NCBI GenBank assembly: GCA_964434605.1
Contig: CAYSVM010000002.1
Span: 64,047 to 128,046 of the forward strand
Length of the DNA: 64,000 bases
Origin: an uncultured Candidatus Saccharibacteria bacterium
Lineage (GTDB): Bacteria > Patescibacteriota > Kazan-3B-28
Direction: 5' to 3'
In this document: one piece after another, positions 37,966 to 47,534 of the stretch
Layout: each line of letters opens with the position of its first letter
Position numbering within the stretch: the first letter of the stretch is position 1
Notes under the pieces: generated by a model
Seen by the model: the letters and a program-made list of their open reading frames with translations, nothing else
The model's database searches: none
What the model was told of the DNA's origin: nothing
Position numbers and translations under genes: made by a program

Positions 37966-40584
37966 CTATTTTCCACAACACTTCTTAAACTTTTTACCCG
38001 AGCCACATGGACATGGATCATTCCTTCCCACTTTGTCCTTCTGCTCTTTTGGATCTCTCACCGCTCCACTATCTTGTACGGATTGTGCTTCAGAGAGCTC
38101 TTTCGCTTCTTCTTTGAAATCTCCTGTTGGTTCTTCCGCTCCTTTCAGCGCCAACTTCTTTTTCTCTTCCATTTCTCTCTGCCTACTCTGCTCTGTAGTG
38201 TTCACTATCCGTACTTTGTAGATCATCCTTGTCGTATCAAACGCAATGGCACCTTGCAGTCTCTGGAACATTGCATATGCTTCCTGTTTGTATTCCACCA
38301 GAGGATCTCTTTGGCCATATCCCTGCAGACCAATAGATTCCCGCATCTTTGTCATTGCATCAATATGCTCCATCCACAAAATATCCATTACCCGAAGAAG
38401 TACGGCTCGTTCCCCTTGCCGAAAATTATCCCCACCCCCCGCTTCCTCTTCTTTCGCTTCATATTGCTTCTTTGCTTCTTCAACCAACAACTCACTAATT
38501 CTTTCAGGATTACCCGCACCTTCAATTTCTTTTTGCAAAGAACCGCCCACTGGAAAAATATTATTCACATTCTCTAGTAGCATCTTGGAATCTGCCGAAT
38601 AGGTTCCTGCCAGTAGTTGCAGTTGTTCAAAGATATAGCCTTGTACTATCGCCTTGATATTCTCCCCCGCCTCATCAACCTCCGTTTGATTATTGGTTAT
38701 TGGTGATTGGTTATTATGGACAGCGTCTAATATCATTTGTCGCTGTCTATATATCGTTGCCCTATGCCGATTCATTACATCGTCATATTCCACCACTCGT
38801 TTGCGGATATCGAAGTTATGTCCTTCCACTCTTTTCTGTGCTGATTCAATACTGGAAGTAATCCATTTATGTTCTAGTGGTTGGTCTTCTGGAATCTTCA
38901 GCGTCTTCATCATGGATTTCAACCGTTCACTACCAAACATTCGCATCAAATCGTCTTCAAGTGACACAAAAAATTGAGTGCTCCCAGGATCGCCTTGTCT
39001 CCCAGCACGACCACGAAGCTGATTATCTATCCTTCGGGATTCATGCCGTTCTGTACCAATAATATGTAAGCCCCCGAGCTCTCGTACTCCTTCACCCAAT
39101 TTAATGTCAGTGCCTCGTCCTGCCATGTTGGTAGCAATAGTCACCATCCCCCTTTGCCCAGCATCCTTCACAATCTCCGCTTCCCGTTCGTGATGTTTCG
39201 CATTCAAAACATTGTGAAATACGCCTTCCACCTTCAACATATCTGAAAGAAGTTCAGATTTTTCAATCGCAATAGTACCCACCAAAACAGGTTGGCCAGT
39301 TTCATGTCGTCTTTGAATCTCTTTTACCACTGCCTGAAACTTCGCCCGTTCATTTATGTAAATCAAATCATTCAAATCAGCCCTAACCATTGGCTGATTC
39401 GTTGGAATCACCACTACTTCTAAACCATATATTTTCCAAAACTCTTCCTCTTCTGTTTTAGCAGTACCAGTCATTCCCCCAAGTTTGTCGAACAATCTAA
39501 AATAATTTTGGAAAGTAATTGTTGCCAAAGTTTTGCTTTCGCGTTTTACCTCCACTCCTTCTTTTGCTTCAATCGCCTGGTGAAGCCCTTCGCTGTATCT
39601 GCGTCCCTGCATTAGGCGACCAGTGAATTCATCTACAATCAGCACTTCACCATCTTTCACTACGTAATCGACATCTTTCTTGTACATCGCCTCTGCCCGA
39701 AGCGCCTGTTCAATGTGGTGAGCTAGTAAAATGTTTCCTGACTCATAGATATCGCCAATGCCGAGAAGTTTTTGGATTTTCTCAATTCCCGCTTCAGTAA
39801 GAATCGCTGACTTAGTTTTTTCATCAGTCGTGTAATCCACATCCTTAGCAAGTTGCGGTACTAGTGCGGCAAATTGTTTGTAATGCTGAGTCGATTCCTC
39901 ATCTGGTGCGGAGATAATTAGAGGAGTTCTTGCTTCGTCTACTAAAATAGAGTCCACCTCGTCTACAATCGCAAAATTCAATCCGCGCTGGACCTGCTCT
40001 TCTTTGCTTCCCGCCATGTTGTCTCTTAGGTAATCAAAACCGAATTCGTTGTTTGTCCCATAAGTAATATCAGCTGCATACGCCAACTTCCTCTCTGCAG
40101 GACTGGTATCGTGAGTAATCACACCAACTGTTAACCCTAAAAATTCATAAACCTGACCCATCCATTCTGAGTCACGTTTGGCCAAATAATCGTTTACCGT
40201 CACCACATGCACACCTTTTCCACTTAAAGCATTCAAATACACTGGCAAAGTGGCAACCAAAGTTTTTCCTTCACCAGTTCTCATCTCTGCAATCTTCCCT
40301 TGGTGCAACGCCGCACCTCCCATAAGCTGGACATCAAAATGACGTTCGCCTAAAACTCTCTTGGCCGCTTCTCTTACCACTGCAAAAGCTTCGGGTAAAA
40401 TATCATCTAATGTTTTACCATTCGCCAGAAGTTCCTTGAAGTATTCTGTCTTTCCTTTCAGTTCATCATCCGATAACGGCTGAATAGCAGACTCAAACGC
40501 ATTGACCCGATCAACGATCGGCTTCAGCTTCTTTATCGCCTGTCTGTTCGGATCCCCCAAAATCCGCTCGAGAAATTTCACCAT
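37966..40584 (-). CDS. secA: Protein translocase ATPase SecA
   Basis: DEAD-motor Walker A and B, preprotein cross-linking and scaffold domains, and the C-terminal zinc finger [14 protein letters not shown]. Confidence 0.95.
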   Translation of the reverse strand: MVKFLERILGDPNRQAIKKLKPIVDRVNAFESAIQPLSDDELKGKTEYFKELLANGKTLDDILPEAFAVVREAAKRVLGERHFDVQLMGGAALHQGKIAEMRTGEGKTLVATLPVYLNALSGKGVHVVTVNDYLAKRDSEWMGQVYEFLGLTVGVITHDTSPAERKLAYAADITYGTNNEFGFDYLRDNMAGSKEEQVQRGLNFAIVDEVDSILVDEARTPLIISAPDEESTQHYKQFAALVPQLAKDVDYTTDEKTKSAILTEAGIEKIQKLLGIGDIYESGNILLAHHIEQALRAEAMYKKDVDYVVKDGEVLIVDEFTGRLMQGRRYSEGLHQAIEAKEGVEVKRESKTLATITFQNYFRLFDKLGGMTGTAKTEEEEFWKIYGLEVVVIPTNQPMVRADLNDLIYINERAKFQAVVKEIQRRHETGQPVLVGTIAIEKSELLSDMLKVEGVFHNVLNAKHHEREAEIVKDAGQRGMVTIATNMAGRGTDIKLGEGVRELGGLHIIGTERHESRRIDNQLRGRAGRQGDPGSTQFFVSLEDDLMRMFGSERLKSMMKTLKIPEDQPLEHKWITSSIESAQKRVEGHNFDIRKRVVEYDDVMNRHRATIYRQRQMILDAVHNNQSPITNNQTEVDEAGENIKAIVQGYIFEQLQLLAGTYSADSKMLLENVNNIFPVGGSLQKEIEGAGNPERISELLVEEAKKQYEAKEEEAGGGDNFRQGERAVLLRVMDILWMEHIDAMTKMRESIGLQGYGQRDPLVEYKQEAYAMFQRLQGAIAFDTTRMIYKVRIVNTTEQSRQREMEEKKKLALKGAEEPTGDFKEEAKELSEAQSVQDSGAVRDPKEQKDKVGRNDPCPCGSGKKFKKCCGK

Positions 40585-40586
40585 TC

Positions 40587-40811
40587 TTATTTTTCTTCAA
40601 ATTTTATTAGTGTCTCTCCATATTCTTTTACTGCGCGCACTACCGTCCGATCAATCAAATAATCATCCAGCTCTTTCTGGCTAATAACATAATTTCTACC
40701 GATTTTCTTAGCTGGAATCTTTCCACCCTGAATCAAGCGCACTACCTGCACCCGACTAACTCCCAATTGATTCGCCACCCTAGTGACGGGAATAAGATTT
40801 TCCATATACAC
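40587..40811 (-). CDS. Excisionase-family helix-turn-helix DNA-binding protein (74 aa)
   Basis: [35 protein letters not shown] matches the excisionase/MerR-like HTH_17 pattern; the stop abuts the secA start. Confidence 0.6.
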   Translation of the reverse strand: MYMENLIPVTRVANQLGVSRVQVVRLIQGGKIPAKKIGRNYVISQKELDDYLIDRTVVRAVKEYGETLIKFEEK

Positions 40812-40812
40812 A

Positions 40813-40830
40813 ATGTAACATATGTTACAT
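40813..40830. promoter_or_regulatory. Perfect 18-bp palindrome ATGTAACAT|ATGTTACAT immediately upstream of the HTH gene start
   Basis: Exact dyad 2 nt upstream of the GTG/ATG start and downstream of a TGTATAAT extended -10 on the minus strand; candidate operator or RBS-sequestering hairpin. Confidence 0.4.
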
Positions 40831-40921
40831 CATCAGTCAGTCCCAATCTATACCTATGCATTTATTATACAAAAAAGACCGCCTAGTCTAATAGCGCGGG
40901 CTTGGTGACAACGGAAAAGAT

Positions 40922-41227
40922 TCATGGCTGGGGGTGAGAAACGGAAAGTCTTTTCCTGTAATCTTCGATGAACTCCTCCACTCCCCCGATACCGATATAG
41001 TAATCTCGATAAGGACACTCCGGCCAAAAGATACGAGGGGTCTTCTCTCCCAAGAGTGGTCCTCTTGTCTGAAACTTAATCCCCGCTTCCTTCAGAAGCT
41101 TCGCTGCTTCGAAATCCTCCTCAGTACAGTTACTGTAGAGGGTAGGCTGCTGTTCTTCCGAAATTGGAATGATTTCACCTCCTTCAAAGTACAATCTGAC
41201 TAGCACATTATACTCAAAAACAAACAC
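40922..41227 (-). CDS. Hypothetical protein (101 aa), possibly a thioredoxin-fold protein
   Basis: YSNCTEEDFEAAKLLKEAGIKFQ resembles a glutaredoxin-like beta-alpha-beta with one Cys; assignment is weak. Confidence 0.35.
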   Translation of the reverse strand: MFVFEYNVLVRLYFEGGEIIPISEEQQPTLYSNCTEEDFEAAKLLKEAGIKFQTRGPLLGEKTPRIFWPECPYRDYYIGIGGVEEFIEDYRKRLSVSHPQP

Positions 41228-41253
41228 CCAACAAATTGGTGTTGTACTCCAAA

Positions 41254-42459
41254 TTACTTTATTTCCTTGAACCCACAGTACGGCTCAAGCGCCTTGGGAA
41301 TCCTAATGCTTCCATCTTCTTGCTGATGATTCTCCAAAAATACTGCCAGAAGTCGCCCAATAGCAATTGCCGTACCATTCAGAGTATGAACAAATTCGGA
41401 CTTACCGTCTTTCTTGTATCGGATATTCCCCCTTCTTGCCTGCCAATCCGTGCAATTACTGCACGAATGTGTCTCCCTATATTTTCCCTGCGAAGGAATC
41501 CAGCTTTCTAAATCAATCGTCTTAGCACTTGCCATACTCAGATCCCCTGCCGCCAGCATTACTTTCTGGTATGGAATTTCCAGTGCCTGTAATATCTCTT
41601 CTTCAATTTCCACTAAGAACTCATGTTCTTTCTCGGAAGTCTCAGGCGCCACAAAAGAAAACATCTCTATCTTATCGAACTGATGCGTCCGAATAATCCC
41701 TTTCACATCCTTGCCATAGCTTCCCGCTTCTCTCCTAAAACAAGTTGAGAAACTAGCATATCTTTTTGGCACTTCAATTGTTTCATCTAAATGGTAAGCC
41801 AACATGCTTTGTTCGGAAGTACCAATGAGATACAGATCATCTTGAGCTTTGTAAACCTCATCTTTTGCCTTACCCAAATATCCTCCTGCATTCATTGCTT
41901 TTTCATTCAATAGCTGCGGTCCAAGTAAAAATTCAAATCCTTTCTTGCCTAAAACTTCTAAAACAAAATTGACCAATGCAAATTCCAACTGCACTGCTTG
42001 GTTTTTTAGAAAGTAAAATCTTGCCCCAGAAACTTTCGCTCCCCGTTCAATATCCAGAATATTAAGAGCATTCCCCAACTCAATATGGTCTTTGGGATTT
42101 TTTATTCCCACCGGCTTTCCATTCTGTCCCACAACCTTCCCATCTTCCTCTCCACCATCTGGCACATCTGCCAAAGGTAGATTTGGAACATCATCTGAAA
42201 GCTTCTCTAATTTTTCTGCCAATTGACCCAATTCCTTCTCCTGCTTCTCCAAATCCTTACCAATCTTCTTTCCTGCCTCAATATCTTTATGCTTAGCAGC
42301 TGCATTCTTGTCTGCCCTAATGGTCTCCACTTTCTGCAGTAACTTAGCGTATTCACCGCTAAGCTGAACTAGCTTGTCTATGTCTACCTTAGCGCCCTTG
42401 CGCTTCAGACCCTTCTCCCATTCATCCAGATTGTTTGTAATCGCTTTGAAATCTAACAT
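41254..42459 (-). CDS. serS: Serine--tRNA ligase
   Basis: N-terminal coiled-coil arm (MLDFKAITNNLDEW...) and class II motifs 1-3 including the C-terminal GSGxAxxR-like region. Confidence 0.9.
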   Translation of the reverse strand: MLDFKAITNNLDEWEKGLKRKGAKVDIDKLVQLSGEYAKLLQKVETIRADKNAAAKHKDIEAGKKIGKDLEKQEKELGQLAEKLEKLSDDVPNLPLADVPDGGEEDGKVVGQNGKPVGIKNPKDHIELGNALNILDIERGAKVSGARFYFLKNQAVQLEFALVNFVLEVLGKKGFEFLLGPQLLNEKAMNAGGYLGKAKDEVYKAQDDLYLIGTSEQSMLAYHLDETIEVPKRYASFSTCFRREAGSYGKDVKGIIRTHQFDKIEMFSFVAPETSEKEHEFLVEIEEEILQALEIPYQKVMLAAGDLSMASAKTIDLESWIPSQGKYRETHSCSNCTDWQARRGNIRYKKDGKSEFVHTLNGTAIAIGRLLAVFLENHQQEDGSIRIPKALEPYCGFKEIK

Positions 42460-42518
42460 TCTATTTTATTTAAATTACTTCAACATTATACCCTATCTGT
42501 TGCATAGCTTATCTTCCT

Positions 42519-42547
42519 TTAACAACAATGATATTTTGTGGTATAAT
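42519..42547 (+). promoter_or_regulatory. Promoter TTAACA-17-TGgTATAAT (extended -10) for the 42574 ORF
   Basis: Hexamers with 17-nt spacer and a TGn extension ~27 nt upstream of the ATG. Confidence 0.45.
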
Positions 42548-42573
42548 ACAAACAAATTAAAACAAAAATAGAA

Positions 42574-43428
42574 ATGTACTATAATCCAGAACGGCGGAAA
42601 CGAGTAGATCCAGGCGGTGAACTTCCCCGCCATTTACGATTAAACGAATGGGAGCAACAACTCTACGATTATTTAGCTCCAAAAACCGAGGCGTACAAAA
42701 TCATACAAGACTTCCAGCCGTTCGTCGGCATTTATAATAGAGAAAAATTAGAAAGAGACTACAGGAGGCTTATTGAGATAAGAGAAAACTTCGACTATAG
42801 TGCCGCCCGTCCTCAACTAATTAGTAATCTTTTACTGTACCTTATCGGGAATAAGGGATTTTTAGAGTCTAGTGAACCAGATCGAGAAACTTATATTGAT
42901 GCTTCCCATCTTTATGACGATGTTATGCATGGTACTGATATAATCGTTACCTTTCATGACGAGAAAAAACCAGACAAACCGATATTGCTAGCCATCGACA
43001 CTACATCATCCCAAGACACCTCTAGAAAAAAAGAAAAAGTCGACAAAGACCTGCTAGGAGGACACCTCCGTAAATTAGAATATTATTCCAACCCTGCTAC
43101 CAACCAAGCGGTTGGACCACAAGAAGCTATAGCAATTACTATCTCCTATACCGAAAATAACCTTACTAAAATTGCTAAAAAGTGGATAACTGATGGGAAA
43201 ACGGATTCTTCTTTTGGTAGAGTCGGCGGATACTTAGATTTAGAATTACGCAATACCATCCTTGAGCAAATAGATGAACAGATAGCTTATTGCAAATATT
43301 TAGAATATTTCCATTCTACGCAATACATCCACCCCCTAGACTTGCAGAAAAAACTTGAAGACCTCCAGCGCTTAGAGAAAAAACTCAATGAAGCAAGAGA
43401 TCTAGTATATATTCCTCCACAGCAATAA
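42574..43428 (+). CDS. Hypothetical protein (284 aa)
   Basis: Intact ORF with native AT-rich composition, a strong upstream promoter and a downstream hairpin; no family recognised. Confidence 0.5.
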   Translation: MYYNPERRKRVDPGGELPRHLRLNEWEQQLYDYLAPKTEAYKIIQDFQPFVGIYNREKLERDYRRLIEIRENFDYSAARPQLISNLLLYLIGNKGFLESSEPDRETYIDASHLYDDVMHGTDIIVTFHDEKKPDKPILLAIDTTSSQDTSRKKEKVDKDLLGGHLRKLEYYSNPATNQAVGPQEAIAITISYTENNLTKIAKKWITDGKTDSSFGRVGGYLDLELRNTILEQIDEQIAYCKYLEYFHSTQYIHPLDLQKKLEDLQRLEKKLNEARDLVYIPPQQ

Positions 43429-43466
43429 ATAAAGAGGGTGACCTGTAAAAAGCCACCCTCGTTCTA
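43421..43466. terminator. Intrinsic terminator hairpin (gagggtg-13 nt loop-caccctc), bidirectional
   Basis: 7-bp stem flanked by A-run on plus and T-run (RC of aataaataaa) on minus; sits between the convergent 42574 ORF and the small minus-strand ORF. Confidence 0.5.
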
Positions 43467-43476
43467 CGCACTGCCT

Positions 43477-43668
43477 CTAGGGGCAATGCCTTTTTCGGAG
43501 AGAAGACAGCTTCTCTCTGAAAAAGATTCTCACCCTCTGATAGGTTGTTAGGATCCGAACCCTACTAGGTCTGACCCTATGGCGGAAACCCGCCTCCCTA
43601 GCTGCTCTCCTGAGCATACTAGGGCTGTAGTGCTTATTCAGCTCCACCACCTCCTTATCAGATCTCAT
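43477..43668 (-). CDS. Small arginine-rich basic protein (63 aa), possible divergent ribosomal protein S21
   Basis: KEVVELNKHYSPSMLRRAAREAG parallels S21 KTVVRKNESLEDALRRFKR...G, and FFREKLSSLRKR parallels EFYEKPSVKRKK; co-directional with lysS; terminator after the stop; no clear SD. Confidence 0.3.
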   Translation of the reverse strand: MRSDKEVVELNKHYSPSMLRRAAREAGFRHRVRPSRVRILTTYQRVRIFFREKLSSLRKRHCP

Positions 43669-43736
43669 CAAGATACAAATAATGGACTCCCAAACTAGCT
43701 TATTGGGAGTTTTATGTCAATACTATCTTTTTCTAC

Positions 43737-45206
43737 TTATCTTTCACGCACGAACGGGAACAGCACTGCTTCACGGATAGAATCCGCATTAGTCAGAATT
43801 GCCACCAGTCTATCAATCCCCATCCCAAAACCTGCCGTTGGTGGCATTCCATATTCTAATGCCTTCACAAAATCATCATCCATCGAGTGGGCTTCTGCAT
43901 CTCCCTCTTTCTTCATTTTAGCCTGTGCTTTGAATCGTCCTTTCTGGTCAATCGGATCATTCAGCTCCGAAAATGCATTCACGATTTCCATTCCACAAAC
44001 CACCAGTTGGAATCGCTGAACTTTCGTCTCATCGTCGTCCTTTTGCTTCGCCAACGGTGACAAATCCAATGGATGATCTACTAAGAATATTGGATTCACC
44101 AAATTTGGCCGAACCTTTTCTTTGTACAATTCATCAATTAGTTTGCCTCTCCCAACCTTTCCCGAATAATTCATCTTTATCTTCTTCCACTTTATTTCCG
44201 CCTGCAGTTTTTCAACAGTCGGGAATGCTTCGATATCAATATCAGCATATTGCTTGATTAGCTGACCAAAAGTTTTTCTCGGCCATGGTGTTTTGAAATC
44301 GATAATCTTATCTCCATACTTTATCTTCATTGTCTTGAAAGATTTTTTCAAAACCTCCACAAACATATCTTCCGTTAGTTTCATCAAATCCTCATAAGTC
44401 GAATACGCCTGATAAAACTCTAGCATCGTAAAGTCCTGTAAATGCTGGGTAGATACCCCCTCATTCCTAAATACCCGAGCAAACTCAAACACCCGCTCAA
44501 ATCCCCCGATAATAAGTCTCTTCAAATACAACTCCGGCGCAATCCGCAGATACACATCCGAATTAGTTGCGTTGTAATGCGTCTTAAATGGAGTTGCCAA
44601 AGCGCCTCCGGGCATCGGCTGAAGCGCAGGTGTATCTACTTCAATGTAATCTCTTTTCAACAAAAATTCACGAATCGTCTGCACCAGCTTATGCCGAACA
44701 ATAAATCTTTCTTTTATTTCTGGATTGAATAACAAATCCAAATATCTTTGGCGAAATCTTGATTCCTGGTCCGTCAATCCATGCCATTTTTCAGGCAACG
44801 GTCGCAAACTCTTCGCAAGCATTGTAAGTGTGCCAACCAGCAACGTCTTCTCACCTTTCTTGGTGAGCATTGCCTTGCCTCGCACCTGCACAATATCGCC
44901 AATGTCCACCAACCCCAAATCTTTGTATGCTTTCTCTCCAATCTCATCTTTCTTAAACAAAATCTGCGTTTCGCCATATCCATCTTTTATTCTTCCAAAA
45001 GAAAGCCCGCCAAATTCTCGAAGTGCCATAACCCTTCCTACCAACGTCACCGCCTTACCGCCACGTTTCAAAACCCCAAACTTCTCTACAAATTCATCCA
45101 CCCGCAAAGTGCGATTGGATTTCGCAGGATAAGGGTCAACACCCTTCTCCCGCAGCTTCCGAAGCTTCTCTAACCTAAATGAAATAATCTGATCGATGCT
45201 ATCCAT
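43737..45206 (-). CDS. lysS: Lysine--tRNA ligase (class II)
   Basis: N-terminal OB anticodon-binding domain and class II motifs (FERVFE...RNEG, GGLGIDRL-like GMGIDRLV). Confidence 0.9.
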   Translation of the reverse strand: MDSIDQIISFRLEKLRKLREKGVDPYPAKSNRTLRVDEFVEKFGVLKRGGKAVTLVGRVMALREFGGLSFGRIKDGYGETQILFKKDEIGEKAYKDLGLVDIGDIVQVRGKAMLTKKGEKTLLVGTLTMLAKSLRPLPEKWHGLTDQESRFRQRYLDLLFNPEIKERFIVRHKLVQTIREFLLKRDYIEVDTPALQPMPGGALATPFKTHYNATNSDVYLRIAPELYLKRLIIGGFERVFEFARVFRNEGVSTQHLQDFTMLEFYQAYSTYEDLMKLTEDMFVEVLKKSFKTMKIKYGDKIIDFKTPWPRKTFGQLIKQYADIDIEAFPTVEKLQAEIKWKKIKMNYSGKVGRGKLIDELYKEKVRPNLVNPIFLVDHPLDLSPLAKQKDDDETKVQRFQLVVCGMEIVNAFSELNDPIDQKGRFKAQAKMKKEGDAEAHSMDDDFVKALEYGMPPTAGFGMGIDRLVAILTNADSIREAVLFPFVRER

Positions 45207-45250
45207 AACCTTTTGATTATATCAGACCAAATAACCCACAGATTTACGAA

Positions 45251-45448
45251 ATAAAAAAGGGCTGCTCTTACGAGCAACCCTTAGGTTCACTACTTTTAAC
45301 TTGGTGTATCGCAGAGTAGTTAACTGCGAGATCCCACTAAGGCAGGGCTGCCTCTACTTTCCCGCTATCCGCGGATGGGCAGTAGACGCCCCCAATAATG
45401 TTACATTCCCCTTTCGGACTCCCTCAGAGTCTCAAGAATCTTTCTGAC
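45251..45448 (-). promoter_or_regulatory. Structured 5' leader of lysS ending in an intrinsic terminator (candidate attenuator/riboswitch-like element)
   Basis: ~200 nt with multiple nested stems (CCGC/GCGG, GCGUCUACU/AGUAGAGGC) and a terminator GGGUUGCUC-GUAA-GAGCAGCCC-UUUUUUAUUU ~45 nt upstream of the lysS start. Confidence 0.4.
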
Positions 45449-45877
45449 TTACTCACCTGAACTGGCGAAATCAACCTTCGCCAGTTCAGCCTCCCGATAC
45501 GCTCGGGAGTCAAACTCCTTGACTATCACTAAGCTACGGGACGAGGGAGTCCCGTTCTGAAACATATTGTGGTACTCCTTTAGAATGGCCACCGGACCCA
45601 CAAAGTCCGAAGTGTCCATTAAAATATCCTCCACCCCCTCTTCGGGGGACAGAACGCACGCCCTCTCGGGCGTGGCCACAACTACTGTATTCCATTCGTT
45701 GCGGTAAAAATCTGAATTTCGATCATCGGACCACCATCTCAAACAGTCCGACTTCTGTTGATCGAGAGTTTTTACAATCTCGACCTCAACTGGAAGGGCT
45801 ATACCCCCCAGCTTTTCTATCAAAGGGAACTGAGTAATCAGTTTCCCCAGCAAAGCTGCGTTTGAGACGAAAAACAT
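45449..45877 (-). CDS. Hypothetical acidic protein (142 aa), GC-richer than background
   Basis: AGGAGA SD 6 nt before ATG; balanced globular composition; no family recognised. Confidence 0.45.
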   Translation of the reverse strand: MFFVSNAALLGKLITQFPLIEKLGGIALPVEVEIVKTLDQQKSDCLRWWSDDRNSDFYRNEWNTVVVATPERACVLSPEEGVEDILMDTSDFVGPVAILKEYHNMFQNGTPSSRSLVIVKEFDSRAYREAELAKVDFASSGE

Positions 45878-46116
45878 TTTTGTCTCCTACATCCACCCTG
45901 GCACTGCCAGAAAAAATGGGAACGGATATATTCCGTAAATCCCATCTAATGGACGCTCCTTTGTTTTAACCCTTGGAGTTCGGGTTGATATATTGTCAAA
46001 TTTCACTTGACTGCACCCCAAGAGTACTCCCAAAAACCATTCTTGTCAATACTTTTTCCGCTCCCAGAGCCACTTTCTCCCCCTTATCCCCTCCTATCAC
46101 CCCTTATCCCCAGATA

Positions 46117-46141
46117 TACAAAAATGGCCCCCTTGGGGGCT
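46117..46141 (-). terminator. Intrinsic terminator downstream of greA (ggccccc-tt-gggggc + U-run)
   Basis: GC stem with a short loop followed by TTTTTGT on the minus strand, ~25 nt after the greA stop. Confidence 0.55.
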
Positions 46142-46166
46142 ATTTTAGCTTCTTTACTATCTGCTT

Positions 46167-46634
46167 CTAACTAACCTTCACTATCTGGTACTCTCTCTCC
46201 CCTTCACCAGTCGCAAGTTTCACTTTCTCACCGATTCTTCTTCCAATAAGAGTTCTACCTAAAGGCGATTCATTGGAAATCTTTCCTTCTTCAGGACTAG
46301 CTTCGTTGGAGCCAGTAATGTCATAGGTAATTTCTTTGCCGTTGAATTTCACCGTCACTTTCGAACCCACTGCTACTTCACCACCATTAATACCATCTCC
46401 GTTAATAATCTTGGCGGTCTTTAGCATTGCTTCAATCTCTTCAACCCGTCCTTCAATAAATGCTTGGCGAGTTTTCGCTTCTTGGTATTCCGCATTTTCC
46501 GACAAATCACCAAACTCCCGCGCTTCGCGGATTTTTTGCGTTACTTCGACTCTCTGTAATTGAAGATCTGCTAACTCCTCTTGGAGTTTCGCCCAACCCT
46601 CTTTTGACAGATACAATTCTTGTACGTCCATCAT
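46167..46634 (-). CDS. greA: Transcription elongation factor GreA
   Basis: N-terminal coiled coil with ELxxLxxxR...DLSENAEY and a C-terminal FKBP-like domain. Start chosen at MMDVQ (TATAAT and GGGGAGAAG upstream); the exact start is uncertain. Confidence 0.85.
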   Translation of the reverse strand: MMDVQELYLSKEGWAKLQEELADLQLQRVEVTQKIREAREFGDLSENAEYQEAKTRQAFIEGRVEEIEAMLKTAKIINGDGINGGEVAVGSKVTVKFNGKEITYDITGSNEASPEEGKISNESPLGRTLIGRRIGEKVKLATGEGEREYQIVKVS

Positions 46635-46736
46635 AGGTGAAAACTTCTCCCCACTAGGTCCATATAGACCTAGCACAAAATGAATTATAGAATAACTCCT
46701 TACTCTGTCAACCCCGTCAAAAAAGCACTCCCAGAG

Positions 46737-47534
46737 CTATCTTTTTGACAGTGTTTTGAGGTTCAGGAACAAACTGACCACCGTCATCGGCCCCACCCCT
46801 CCCGGTACTGGTGTCAGAAAGCTCGCTTTTTTACTAACCGAACTTACCTCACAGTCCCCTACCAACTTACCTTTCAACTTACTTATCCCAGCATCTACTA
46901 CTACCACACCTTGCTTTACATCTTTTCCTTTTATCAAATTCGCTTTTCCAACTGCGGTAATAATAATGTCGGCCGTTTTAAGTTCACTAAAGTTCTTCGT
47001 CCCTTCCTGCAATACAACAACTGAATTTCCTAATCTTGCAAAATACAAACTCAATGGCAGATTGAGAAGCCTAGTCCAACCCACCAATGCAATCTTCTTA
47101 TCATCTAAAGATACCTTGTATTCTGCAAGCAACCGTAGAATCCCAACCGCAGTTGCCGGCAAGACTTCTCCCGACAAAATATTTGCATCCGTTAGACCAT
47201 CTACATCTTTTTGGGAACTAACCACATTCACTATTTCACCTACATCTAAAGTTCTGGGCAATGGAAGCTGTACCACAATTCCCGCAACCTTCTTGTCGTT
47301 ATTCAACTTACAGATTAAATCGATCACCTGCTTACTAGATGCTTTACTTGGTAACTTGTGCAAAACAAATTTCACTCCCAACTTATCTGCCAGCTCTTTC
47401 TTCTTCTTTAAATACAGAACAGAAGCAGGATTCTCTCCCACCAAGATTGCTGCCAGTACTCCTGTATTCTTGAATCCTCCCGTCATCTGGCTGGTCAGTT
47501 TATCTGCTAATCTCTTCCCATCCATTAAGATCAT
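46737..47534 (-). CDS. folD: Bifunctional methylenetetrahydrofolate dehydrogenase/cyclohydrolase FolD
   Basis: ILVGENPASVLYLKKK and C-terminal TPVPGGVGPMTV are the canonical FolD motifs. Confidence 0.85.
   Translation of the reverse strand: MILMDGKRLADKLTSQMTGGFKNTGVLAAILVGENPASVLYLKKKKELADKLGVKFVLHKLPSKASSKQVIDLICKLNNDKKVAGIVVQLPLPRTLDVGEIVNVVSSQKDVDGLTDANILSGEVLPATAVGILRLLAEYKVSLDDKKIALVGWTRLLNLPLSLYFARLGNSVVVLQEGTKNFSELKTADIIITAVGKANLIKGKDVKQGVVVVDAGISKLKGKLVGDCEVSSVSKKASFLTPVPGGVGPMTVVSLFLNLKTLSKR

Noticed and set aside
43550-43575. tRNA-like T-arm string GGGTTCGGATCC on the minus strand
   Set aside because: No cloverleaf could be built; flanking sequence does not pair as T-stem or acceptor stem.
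43466-43700. Possible tmRNA or SRP RNA, prompted by CUCCACCA-like and GGAGAGCAGCUAGG-like strings
   Set aside because: No tRNA-like acceptor/T-arm pairing could be built and the region is too short for tmRNA. The SRP domain-IV match is partial and lacks the closing GNRA hairpin. The small basic ORF plus terminator explains the region better.
45207-45900. Possible RNase P RNA (rnpB), prompted by AAAGUCCG-like and ACAGAAG.CGG-like strings on both strands
   Set aside because: The strings are short and in the wrong relative order and spacing for the P4 helix. The longer conserved blocks (GGGCUCCAUAGGGCA, GGUAAACUCCACC) are absent. Most of the region is a plausible protein ORF with a good SD.
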